From the IMG/VR virus record IMGVR_UViG_3300002162_000005, positions 1 to 36,423 of that record: a stretch of 36,423 nt of DNA; one strand, given 5' to 3'. Position numbers and translations under genes: made by a program. Under the pieces are notes generated by a model. It saw nothing but the letters and a program-made list of their open reading frames with translations. It did no database searches and was not told the DNA's origin. The stretch is from a virus (Duplodnaviria; Caudoviricetes). Shown here piece by piece: positions 27,901 to 36,423 of this stretch (positions are counted from its first letter, which is position 1; each line of letters opens with the position of its first letter).

Positions 27901-30240
27901 ATGAAACCTAATAAAATTATATTACCTGATGGTTCTTCTATAGAAACATTAAATGATAAAATCATATATACTGCTGTAAGTGGTAAGAGAACTATTACTC
28001 CAACAAATACAGTAAATAAAGTGCAATATGATACTAAAACTAGTATACCGGATATTAAAAAAGTTGCAACTACTTTTACTCCTCTAAATATTCCATTACC
28101 CAAAGTTCAATACGATATGAATAGTGTATTAAAGGATAATGTAGTTACTACTACAACTCCTCAATTTAAAAATGGTGGAATAAGAGTAAAAGCTTTTGGT
28201 GGTAAAAGTATTATTGATAATACTGAAGAAAAACCTAAGTACTTTATTGGTGCTGCATTAGCCGCTGCTAGTTTAGGACTTGGTGTAGTAAATAGTATTA
28301 TGGGTAATAATGCTCAACAAAAACAAATTGCTGAACAGAATCGTGTAACTACTATGAATAATAATAATCAAGTAGATCAACGATTAGATGCTGAAGGAGT
28401 TAGTGCTCGTAACTTTAGTGTTAATACTCCTATGACTTCATTCTATGCTAATGGTGGTAAAGCCGGTATTGTTCTTCCTTCTAGTAATCAAGGTATAGAA
28501 CAAAAGACTGATGATATGGCTGTCGCTTATGGAGCTACTCATGCTCAAGGCGGAGTAGATATGGGAGATGTTGAAGTAGAAGGTGGTGGTGCTCAAGGTA
28601 ATAAACCTGGAGAAGTTATTAAACAAGAACCTGATGGCAGTCAATTTATTTTTAGTAATAGAATACCTTATACTAATAATATGACATTTGCTCAGGCAGC
28701 ACAGCAACTTACTGATCAGAAACAACAAATTGAACAAACTATAGGTAAAAAATTATTAACTGTGGATAAATTAGGAGTTAAACTTAATGCATCTGGAAAT
28801 ATTCCTCAAGCTAATGGTAATGCTAGACGTATAGATATATCTAAAAATGTTGTAAATAAATTAGAAACTAATAAACAAAATATTGATTCTCAAATAGAAC
28901 AATTGAAGCAACAACAATTACAAGTAGGTATGAAGATGGGTTTATATAATCCTGATGGTACTCCAAAGAATACTAGTACTGCTCCTAATATTCCTACACA
29001 AGGTGGTGAACAACAAGAACCTCAAATGAAATATGGGGGCTATCATACAGATGTTACTACAGGACAATTAGTAAAGGATGCAGATTTTAGTAATCCTAAC
29101 GCATTTGATAATAATCAATTTCAAGTTGCCCCATCTTCTAATAAAAATAATAGTTTAATGTATCCTAATCCTAATGCATCACAAGGTATTGGTACTAATC
29201 CTATAATGGGTAATAATCAAGTTCCAATTATGGCTACTGATACTGAAAAAGGTAATCAAGGTTATGATGCAGGATATACTACTCCTACTACTATTAATAC
29301 TCCTATACAAGTACAACAAGGTGTTGATACTCCTGATGTTACTCCTAAAACTGATACTACTGATTTAACTAATGCTGTAAAAACAGTAAATGTAGTTAAT
29401 CCTGTTAAAGCAAGTATTGGAACTAAAGTTGATAATTTTCTTAGTAGTAATGTTGGTCAAGGTGCTTTGGGCTTAGCTAATGCAGGATTAAACTTTATGA
29501 CTACTTTAAATTCTGCTAAGAATTTAGAAAATGTAAAAGTAGCACAATATGTTCCTATAAAAAATATAGATACTCCATTAGCAAATCTTTCTGCATCTCG
29601 TAGTGAAGTAATGCAGAATCAAAAAGAAGTTAGTGCTTATGCTAAACAAAATTATGCTAATCCAGGTGTAGCAAATATTATGATGCAAAATGCAGGTAAT
29701 AAATCTATAGAACAACTTAGTAATATAAATCAGCAAGAACAGAATATGAATACTAGTATTATTAATCAAAATATTAGTAGACAGATGAATACTCAACAAG
29801 CAAATAATGCAGGTCAACAACAATATGCTCAAACTGTAGCAAGTAAAACTATTGGAGATATACAAAATAGACAAGCAGTTGCTTCTGGATTAAATAAAGA
29901 TCTGGGTACTGTTATTACTGATTATAGAAAAGGAGTATCTGAACAACGTACTTTAGATTTATATTCTAAAATGAATCCTCGTAGTGTAAATAATGCAATA
30001 ACTTTACAGACTAATTATGGAGTTGATATTAATAAATTAAATGCTCTTAATACAAATACTGAAAAAACTAATATGCTTATACAAGCAGGTGTTCCGGAAA
30101 ATGAAATTCCTACTTATTTATATAAAGTAAAAGTTCCTGATTATAATTTAAACTTTGGACAAATTGGACAAGTAAATACTCCTATTAGTGGAAGTACTAA
30201 AGCAAATCCATATCTTACTCAATTCACTCCTAAAAAATAA
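27901..30240 (+). CDS. Internal virion cargo/ejection protein (crAss-like cargo protein 1-type)
   Basis: Likely start ATG 27901; TM-like FIGAALAAASLGLGVVNSIMG, GATHAQGG..VEVEGG..IFSNRI motif, Gln/Asn-rich coiled coils; follows the muzzle gene. Confidence 0.72.
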   Translation: MKPNKIILPDGSSIETLNDKIIYTAVSGKRTITPTNTVNKVQYDTKTSIPDIKKVATTFTPLNIPLPKVQYDMNSVLKDNVVTTTTPQFKNGGIRVKAFGGKSIIDNTEEKPKYFIGAALAAASLGLGVVNSIMGNNAQQKQIAEQNRVTTMNNNNQVDQRLDAEGVSARNFSVNTPMTSFYANGGKAGIVLPSSNQGIEQKTDDMAVAYGATHAQGGVDMGDVEVEGGGAQGNKPGEVIKQEPDGSQFIFSNRIPYTNNMTFAQAAQQLTDQKQQIEQTIGKKLLTVDKLGVKLNASGNIPQANGNARRIDISKNVVNKLETNKQNIDSQIEQLKQQQLQVGMKMGLYNPDGTPKNTSTAPNIPTQGGEQQEPQMKYGGYHTDVTTGQLVKDADFSNPNAFDNNQFQVAPSSNKNNSLMYPNPNASQGIGTNPIMGNNQVPIMATDTEKGNQGYDAGYTTPTTINTPIQVQQGVDTPDVTPKTDTTDLTNAVKTVNVVNPVKASIGTKVDNFLSSNVGQGALGLANAGLNFMTTLNSAKNLENVKVAQYVPIKNIDTPLANLSASRSEVMQNQKEVSAYAKQNYANPGVANIMMQNAGNKSIEQLSNINQQEQNMNTSIINQNISRQMNTQQANNAGQQQYAQTVASKTIGDIQNRQAVASGLNKDLGTVITDYRKGVSEQRTLDLYSKMNPRSVNNAITLQTNYGVDINKLNALNTNTEKTNMLIQAGVPENEIPTYLYKVKVPDYNLNFGQIGQVNTPISGSTKANPYLTQFTPKK

Positions 30241-30246
30241 TATATT

Positions 30247-32964
30247 ATGGCTGATAGTTCAAATCCTTATACTTCTCAACTAACTCCTATAACTGGTATT
30301 CCCGAAAGAGTGGGGATGCCAGTTGATGCTATTAAAGAAGTTGGTGCTAATTTAACTCAACGTTATTATGCTGCTAAAGAAAATGTTTCAAAAATTAATG
30401 GAGCATTAGCAAATATGCCTATGATTGATAAAACGGTTGATGCTCCCATATTACAAGCAGCTAGTCAATATGTAGATCAATCATTTAAAAAAGTTACTGA
30501 AAATGATGATTGGTATAATGCTAATGATACTATTATGGATGTTAGTAATAAACTTAGTAGTGATCCTAATCTAAAGACTTTAGCTAATAATGTTGCAGTT
30601 ATGCAACAAGAAAAAGCAGAACTTGATAAACGATATGAAAAAGAACCTAAACTTCGAGAATATGAAACTTGGGTTAATGCACAAAATATGACAGCGTATC
30701 GTCAACAAGGTGGTAGTATGACTAAAGATGGTAAACCTCAAAGTTTTACTCCATTTGCTCCAACTACTAGTATGGATATGGATCCTTTTATTAAACATAT
30801 TGAAGATGTTACTAGTAAGATGAAAGCTATTAAAACTGCTTATATTGGTAATCCTGGAAGTTTTAATCTTCAAGGTGTAGAACAATTAGAAGATCCTACT
30901 GTTAGAAGTTATTTTAGAAAAATGTATGAAGATAAAACTTCTCTTGCTTCTTTAACTGATGCTAGATTGCAAGAAGCAGCTAAACAAATTATTACTAATG
31001 ATCCTGATTATGCAAAAACTAATCTTGAAATACAACAGGCTCAACATTTTTTACAAACTGGTAAACTTCAACCTGATAAAGAAGATTTAAGTGCTTTATA
31101 TAAAAACAATAGTCCTTATGAAAAGCAATTAGCATTAGGTCTTTCTCCTACTTATCAATCTGAACTTAGTAAAATACAAAATGATTATTTAGTTTCTGTA
31201 TCTAAAGCTAATGGAAATAAAAATCTATTAAAACAAGCAAATGCAGTATCTCAACAAAAGATGAATGCTCTTACAAATAATCCTAATATTTATAATGAAG
31301 GACATGATAAATTATTAAATATGGTTGAACCTGATGTTGCAAATTTATATTACAATATCAAAACTAATGCCGTAACTAATCAAATTATTAAAGCTGGAGA
31401 TGCATTTGCATATCATGAGAAAGATATTGATAGAACTATTATTGATACTGGAAAACTTACTGATGCATTACTTAAACAAAAAGAAGATAATTTAGTTACT
31501 ACTAATGCTATTGGTAGTAATCCAGTTGCAGTTAATTTAAATCCTCTTAATCCAACTAGTCAAGATGATTTTAATAAAACTGAAGCTGCTTATAATGCAG
31601 CATTACAATCGGGTCATATGACTGATGACCTTAAACTTAAATATCAAACTGCTGTAAATAATAAAAATGCTGCTACACAAGCAATTGCTAGTACATTTAT
31701 GAATTTATCTCCTGATGAACAAAAATCAGTATTATCTACAGCTAATCCTTATTTAGGTAGACTAATTAATTCAGGAGCTGATGCGAGATACTCTCTATTT
31801 AATAAAACAAAAACATTTTCTATTGATCAATTAAATAAAGGTGTATCTGAATCAGGACTTGCAGGACTTATACCTAATACTGCTAATCTTCTTAGAGCAA
31901 CAGCATTAGGTTCTTTTTTACCAGGATTAAAAGGTGGAAAAGCACTTACTGTAAATAAAGCAAAATACATGTTTTCTAATATGAATCCTACTGATGTATT
32001 AAGTAAAGATCCTGATACAATATTAAATAGTTTTGCAACTAAAGGATTAAATCTTTCTGCTAATGATAGAACTTATTTTAAACAACAATTTAATACTGCT
32101 AAATATGATATTGGTATAGCAGTACAAAATCATAAAGGTTCTCAATTAACTGTACCAACTACTGATATTATACCTATTGGTGCTAAAAGTCCAGTAGATA
32201 AAGCTATAGATTTAAATATTGGTAGTAGTTTGTATAATGGTAATCTTGTAGATATAAATGGTAAGGCATGGACTAAGGAAGAACTTTCTAAAGAAGTAGT
32301 TGCTGATAATGGTGCTAAAGGACATATAGATTATAGACCTGGAAATGGAACATCTCTAAATACTAATGATTTAAATAATTTAGGTGAATTTGGAACTAAT
32401 CAAGTAAATAATGGAGGAGCTATGGTTGGTGGACAAACTACTTTTAAAATTAATGCTCCTGTAAGAAATAATAAAAATCAAATAGTTGGTTATACTAAAA
32501 TTATTGCACCTTATGAAGGTAATCCTGATTTAGTTAGAGCACAACAAGTTCAGAATATTAAAAATGCATCTACTCATTTTAATAAACAAGGAACAGGTCA
32601 AGTATCTAAGAATGCAGCATTACTTCAAATGAATACTATGGGACAAAGTATTAAAGATGCTTATGGTAATCCAATTCAGCAATCTATTAATAGTTGGAAA
32701 CAAAATATGAGTGGAGATAAAACCTTACAATTAAATAAAACTAATAGTTTAAATGTTCATCCTAATAAAAGTGCAGATGGAACAGTTATTAATTATACTA
32801 TAACTCCTCATTTATATAATGGTACTTCGGTTCAACAATATCAATCTTTTAATGTAAAAGGATTAGATGATATACCTACTTATGTTGGAGGTAATACAGC
32901 TATAAGTTATGGATTACATCCTGATATAATTAAACCATTACTAGATGAATTAACTAATCAATAA
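30247..32964 (+). CDS. Large internal virion (cargo/ejection) protein
   Basis: 905 aa, helical Gln/Asn/Ala-rich; lies between cargo protein 1 and the giant virion protein. Confidence 0.65.
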   Translation: MADSSNPYTSQLTPITGIPERVGMPVDAIKEVGANLTQRYYAAKENVSKINGALANMPMIDKTVDAPILQAASQYVDQSFKKVTENDDWYNANDTIMDVSNKLSSDPNLKTLANNVAVMQQEKAELDKRYEKEPKLREYETWVNAQNMTAYRQQGGSMTKDGKPQSFTPFAPTTSMDMDPFIKHIEDVTSKMKAIKTAYIGNPGSFNLQGVEQLEDPTVRSYFRKMYEDKTSLASLTDARLQEAAKQIITNDPDYAKTNLEIQQAQHFLQTGKLQPDKEDLSALYKNNSPYEKQLALGLSPTYQSELSKIQNDYLVSVSKANGNKNLLKQANAVSQQKMNALTNNPNIYNEGHDKLLNMVEPDVANLYYNIKTNAVTNQIIKAGDAFAYHEKDIDRTIIDTGKLTDALLKQKEDNLVTTNAIGSNPVAVNLNPLNPTSQDDFNKTEAAYNAALQSGHMTDDLKLKYQTAVNNKNAATQAIASTFMNLSPDEQKSVLSTANPYLGRLINSGADARYSLFNKTKTFSIDQLNKGVSESGLAGLIPNTANLLRATALGSFLPGLKGGKALTVNKAKYMFSNMNPTDVLSKDPDTILNSFATKGLNLSANDRTYFKQQFNTAKYDIGIAVQNHKGSQLTVPTTDIIPIGAKSPVDKAIDLNIGSSLYNGNLVDINGKAWTKEELSKEVVADNGAKGHIDYRPGNGTSLNTNDLNNLGEFGTNQVNNGGAMVGGQTTFKINAPVRNNKNQIVGYTKIIAPYEGNPDLVRAQQVQNIKNASTHFNKQGTGQVSKNAALLQMNTMGQSIKDAYGNPIQQSINSWKQNMSGDKTLQLNKTNSLNVHPNKSADGTVINYTITPHLYNGTSVQQYQSFNVKGLDDIPTYVGGNTAISYGLHPDIIKPLLDELTNQ

Positions 32965-32973
32965 AATAATTAT

Positions 32974-35900
32974 ATGCCAAATAATGATTCCTTTGATGCA
33001 TTACTAAATCTTAATAATGCTCCTAAACAAATTACTCCTGCTAGTAAAGCACCTTTAGGTAGAAGTATTCCTGATTTACCTTACAATGCAAGTTTTGATA
33101 ATCTTCAACAAGGACAATTAATTACTCCTGAAAATTATCAAGCAAGAACTGAAGAAGTAGCTAAAGAACAATCTATTCCTACTTTAATGGGACATGCATT
33201 AACTCAGGCTGCTATAGGTGAAGTAGTAGGTGGAACACTAGAAGGTATTGGTGCACTTAATCCTTCTACTTTAATAGGTAGACTTTCTGGTGATAAAGAT
33301 GCTTTTGATAGAAACTTTTTAGAAAGTATTGGTAATGATGTTAGAACTTATTCTCAAAATGTAGCTCCTATATATCAAACACAAGTAGCACAAAATGGTT
33401 TATCTTCTCCTGCTGCATTATTAGATGCATCATGGTGGGCTAATATGTTTCCTAGTATGGCTTCAAGTATATCTATGCTTATTCCTGCTACTGGTGTAAG
33501 TACATTGGCTAAAATGTTAGGAACAGGTACTAGAGCATTAAAAGGATTGGCAGAACTTAGTGAAGTAGGTCAAGCAACAAAAGCAGCTGTAGGTATTGGC
33601 GAATTAGGTACTACAGCCGAAGTAATGGCTAATACAGGATTTGGAGCGTGGAAAGCTGCCAAATATGCAGAAGAAATTGATGCTTTATCCAAAGGTATTA
33701 ATGTAGGAAAAATAGTGGGTACTGCACAGAATGTAGTATTACCTGCTTTGGCATCTCGTACTATTGATAGTTCACGTGAAGCAGTAGGAAGGTATCAACA
33801 GAATTATCAGGCATATAAAAACTATGGATTTACAGATGATAAAGCTAAACAATTAGCTGGAGATGCAGCGCATTATGGTTTTGTTACATCACATGGTAAT
33901 ATATTATTTGATCTTGCAGAATGGACTATACTTAGTAAATTAGGTGAACCTGCTAAAGAAGGACTAGAAGGAATGATGACTAAGGCATTAGGACGTAATA
34001 GTGCTTATAATGATATGGTAGGTGGTGCTGCCGATGCAATGTTAGATAATAAACCTTTAGTAAAAAAATTAATGGGAGAAGTACTTCCTGAATATCTTAA
34101 AACTGGTATGATGGAAGGTTTAGATGAAACCGCTATGGATTTCTTTATGGATGATGCTCAACGTAAAGTAGAACGTGATAATGGACTTAGACCTTATAAT
34201 CAAGAAGGTTCTATGTTAGAACGTTATATTAAACATCATGCTGTTGGTAATAATTGGGAATCATTTATAGGTGGTGCATTAGGAGGTATAGCTAGTGGTG
34301 CTATAATGCATACTTATGGTTCTGTTCGTAATCAGTATTTTAATGAAGAAGGTAATACAAGAATAGAAAATATTGCTAATGATTTTGTTGAAAGAACTAA
34401 AAATACTAGTGATTACATTAAACAATATAATGATTCTAAATCTAATGGCCAAATTAATACAGCTCATGCATTACGTTCTCAAATAGTAAATACTATATTA
34501 CAGGGTAGTGCATTAACAGGAACTCTTAATTTAGATGTTGAACATTTAGAAAATGCTTTAAAACTTCCTGATGATCAAAAAGCACAACTTGAAATGTTTC
34601 AAGATAAAGATGGAAATTATATTAAAGATTCTAGTAAAGGAATTGAAGATTTAGTTACTGATCTAAAGAAATATAAAAACATATATGATGTTGAAATGGC
34701 AACTCCTAGAACAGGAGATAAAAATACTGATAGATATATTAGTGCCGAAGTTGCAGCTATAAAAACTCATATAGGTTTAAATAATGATGCTATTAAATCA
34801 TTAACTAAAACTGGTGAAGGTAATAGAACTTCAGATGAATTAAATAATCAAACTAGAGAAATGACTTCTAATTTAGGAGATACTAATTCTGAATTATATA
34901 ATTCATTATCTAAGTATGAGAGTACTAAAATAAATACAGAAAATAATAATGGAACTATTCTTCAAAGTATTCAAGGACTAAATGATATAATTGAAGACTT
35001 ACAAAATAAGATTCCTGATTTAGAAACTAAACTTAAATCAGAACATGATTCCATTGCTAGATCAGCACTTACTTCTCAAATAGATAAAATTAAATCATCT
35101 ATTGATATTTATAATAGTAATATTGATTCTGCTAATAAAACCGTTAATGATAATAATAATTCTCTTAAGTTATTAAAACAAGAACATGATGACTTTATTG
35201 CTAATAAGAAATTAGTAATGGGTGATAAGTTTGATGACATTTTTAATAAAGTAAAAGATATACATAAAACTTATAATACTGAAAAATCTTATTTAGATGC
35301 AAATGGTACTAGTGTTGTTCAAATATTAAAGAATCAAAATACAGCATTACAATCTCAATTAAATGGTAAAGTAAATAAAGAATATTATGTTAAAAAGAAA
35401 ACTGAAATAGATAATCTACAAAATCTTAGAGGTAGTTTCTTAGTTAATGACTTTAATAAAACTATATCTAAAATAGATAACTTAAAAGATTTAGAAGATC
35501 AATTAGATACTCTTAAAGTAAATACTTTAGATGATGAAACTAGAGATAAACTAATGAAAGTTTATAATAAAAGAAAATCTGATATTATAAGTAAACAAAC
35601 TAAAGAATCTAATATAACTGAGAAACCTGCTAGTACTCAGGAAGAATCTGTTACCAAAATTTCTAAATCTGAAGTAGAAGTTAATAGAGATAAAAGTATT
35701 GCAAGTATTAAAAATAAGAAACTTAGTCTAGGTAAATTAAATGTAGGTAAAGATGCTTATGTATTTGATTATACTAAAGATGGAATTTTAATGACTTCTA
35801 AAACTAAAGATTCTGAAGGTAATGTATTATATAAAACTAAAGAAGAAGCAATAGAAGCAATTAATAAGTTATATGATTCTCAAATTCCTACAGAAGATAC

Positions 35901-36423
35901 TGCTGAAGTTAGTGAAGATTCACCGGAGTCGGTACGCCTTCCTTCTACTGGGGACAGTAACGAAATTACAAAAAATCCTAATGAATCTTTAGTAAATAAT
36001 AAAGGTTTAGAAATTAATATTGGAGATAGACTTTATACCACTGATGTTTCTACAGGAGAAGTTATTTCTAATATTCCTTTGTCTGTAAAAAATATTGATT
36101 ATGAAACTAATATAGTTACTATGACAGGAACTGATAATACTAAAGAATATTCTGTTTATATGGATGATTTATCTAAACTTTATGGTGGACAGAAAGTACA
36201 AAATAATCAAGACTTTGAAACTGAATTAATTTCTAAAGTTTTAGAACATAGTAAATCAGTTTATAAGAATGAACAAGATCATACTTATAGTTATCAAGGG
36301 CAACAAAATACTGTATCAGGTAGTCAATTATTGCAAACTGTATATTCAGATAATCAAAGTGGAGAATCACAGGCTACTAATGTAGGTAGTAGTATTGATA
36401 GATTATATAGAGATTATTTCTCA
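32974..36423 (+). CDS. Giant virion protein, 5' part (>1150 aa, truncated by the window end); ejected cargo / virion RNA polymerase-associated locus
   Basis: ATG at 32974 (MPNNDSFDALL), open to the window end; Gly/Ala-rich membrane-like helices (SFIGGALGGIASGAIM) then coiled coils; no RNAP catalytic DxDxD motif seen in this portion. Confidence 0.75.
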   Translation, partial: MPNNDSFDALLNLNNAPKQITPASKAPLGRSIPDLPYNASFDNLQQGQLITPENYQARTEEVAKEQSIPTLMGHALTQAAIGEVVGGTLEGIGALNPSTLIGRLSGDKDAFDRNFLESIGNDVRTYSQNVAPIYQTQVAQNGLSSPAALLDASWWANMFPSMASSISMLIPATGVSTLAKMLGTGTRALKGLAELSEVGQATKAAVGIGELGTTAEVMANTGFGAWKAAKYAEEIDALSKGINVGKIVGTAQNVVLPALASRTIDSSREAVGRYQQNYQAYKNYGFTDDKAKQLAGDAAHYGFVTSHGNILFDLAEWTILSKLGEPAKEGLEGMMTKALGRNSAYNDMVGGAADAMLDNKPLVKKLMGEVLPEYLKTGMMEGLDETAMDFFMDDAQRKVERDNGLRPYNQEGSMLERYIKHHAVGNNWESFIGGALGGIASGAIMHTYGSVRNQYFNEEGNTRIENIANDFVERTKNTSDYIKQYNDSKSNGQINTAHALRSQIVNTILQGSALTGTLNLDVEHLENALKLPDDQKAQLEMFQDKDGNYIKDSSKGIEDLVTDLKKYKNIYDVEMATPRTGDKNTDRYISAEVAAIKTHIGLNNDAIKSLTKTGEGNRTSDELNNQTREMTSNLGDTNSELYNSLSKYESTKINTENNNGTILQSIQGLNDIIEDLQNKIPDLETKLKSEHDSIARSALTSQIDKIKSSIDIYNSNIDSANKTVNDNNNSLKLLKQEHDDFIANKKLVMGDKFDDIFNKVKDIHKTYNTEKSYLDANGTSVVQILKNQNTALQSQLNGKVNKEYYVKKKTEIDNLQNLRGSFLVNDFNKTISKIDNLKDLEDQLDTLKVNTLDDETRDKLMKVYNKRKSDIISKQTKESNITEKPASTQEESVTKISKSEVEVNRDKSIASIKNKKLSLGKLNVGKDAYVFDYTKDGILMTSKTKDSEGNVLYKTKEEAIEAINKLYDSQIPTEDTAEVSEDSPESVRLPSTGDSNEITKNPNESLVNNKGLEINIGDRLYTTDVSTGEVISNIPLSVKNIDYETNIVTMTGTDNTKEYSVYMDDLSKLYGGQKVQNNQDFETELISKVLEHSKSVYKNEQDHTYSYQGQQNTVSGSQLLQTVYSDNQSGESQATNVGSSIDRLYRDYFS
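35922..35952 (+). repeat. Dispersed tripartite DNA motif, copy 3 (ACCGGA-N8-GCCTT-N4-CTACTGGG), intragenic
   Basis: accggagtcggtacgccttccttctactggg, a conspicuous GC island read through atypical codons (ccg gag tcg cgc ggg). Confidence 0.7.

Noticed and set aside
3208-34467. Short minus-strand and alternate-frame ORFs (3208, 5720, 8378, 8892, 9456, 10207, 10581, 27099, 27873, 28438, 29578, 30580, 34279)
   Set aside because: Shadows of long, well-supported + strand genes with the biased composition typical of antisense frames

Overview
This window is the virion/late-gene module of a crAss-like bacteriophage (Crassvirales-like podovirus). The DNA is very AT-rich, and a Bacteroidota host is inferred from TAnnTTTG promoters and SD-less AT-rich leaders. 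About 30 tightly packed genes all lie on the + strand. In order: IHF-like protein, PD-(D/E)XK nuclease, M15 endolysin, a spanin-like pair, a small HExxH protein, a TerS candidate, TerL, portal, scaffold-like protein, major capsid protein, three conserved capsid/tail genes, a variable fibre/receptor-binding locus, two holin-like genes, a tail fibre, ring/tubular proteins, a second IHF-like protein, the muzzle/tail-stabilisation protein, internal cargo proteins, and the 5' part of a giant virion protein that runs off the window. The standard genetic code is used, and I saw no introns, inteins, tRNAs or CRISPR arrays. Three observations stand out. (1) A GC-rich tripartite DNA motif, ACCGRA-N8/9-SCCWT-N4-CTACTGGG, occurs three times in the same orientation, 14-21 kb apart, twice embedded in coding sequence using atypical codons. 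(2) Two adjacent Fib_succ_major (FISUMP)-like proteins are circularly permuted at two different points and share flanking modules. (3) An unannotated 32-aa basic peptide shares an xxGG motif with the cargo protein downstream. All family assignments come from motif recognition and synteny, not database searches.
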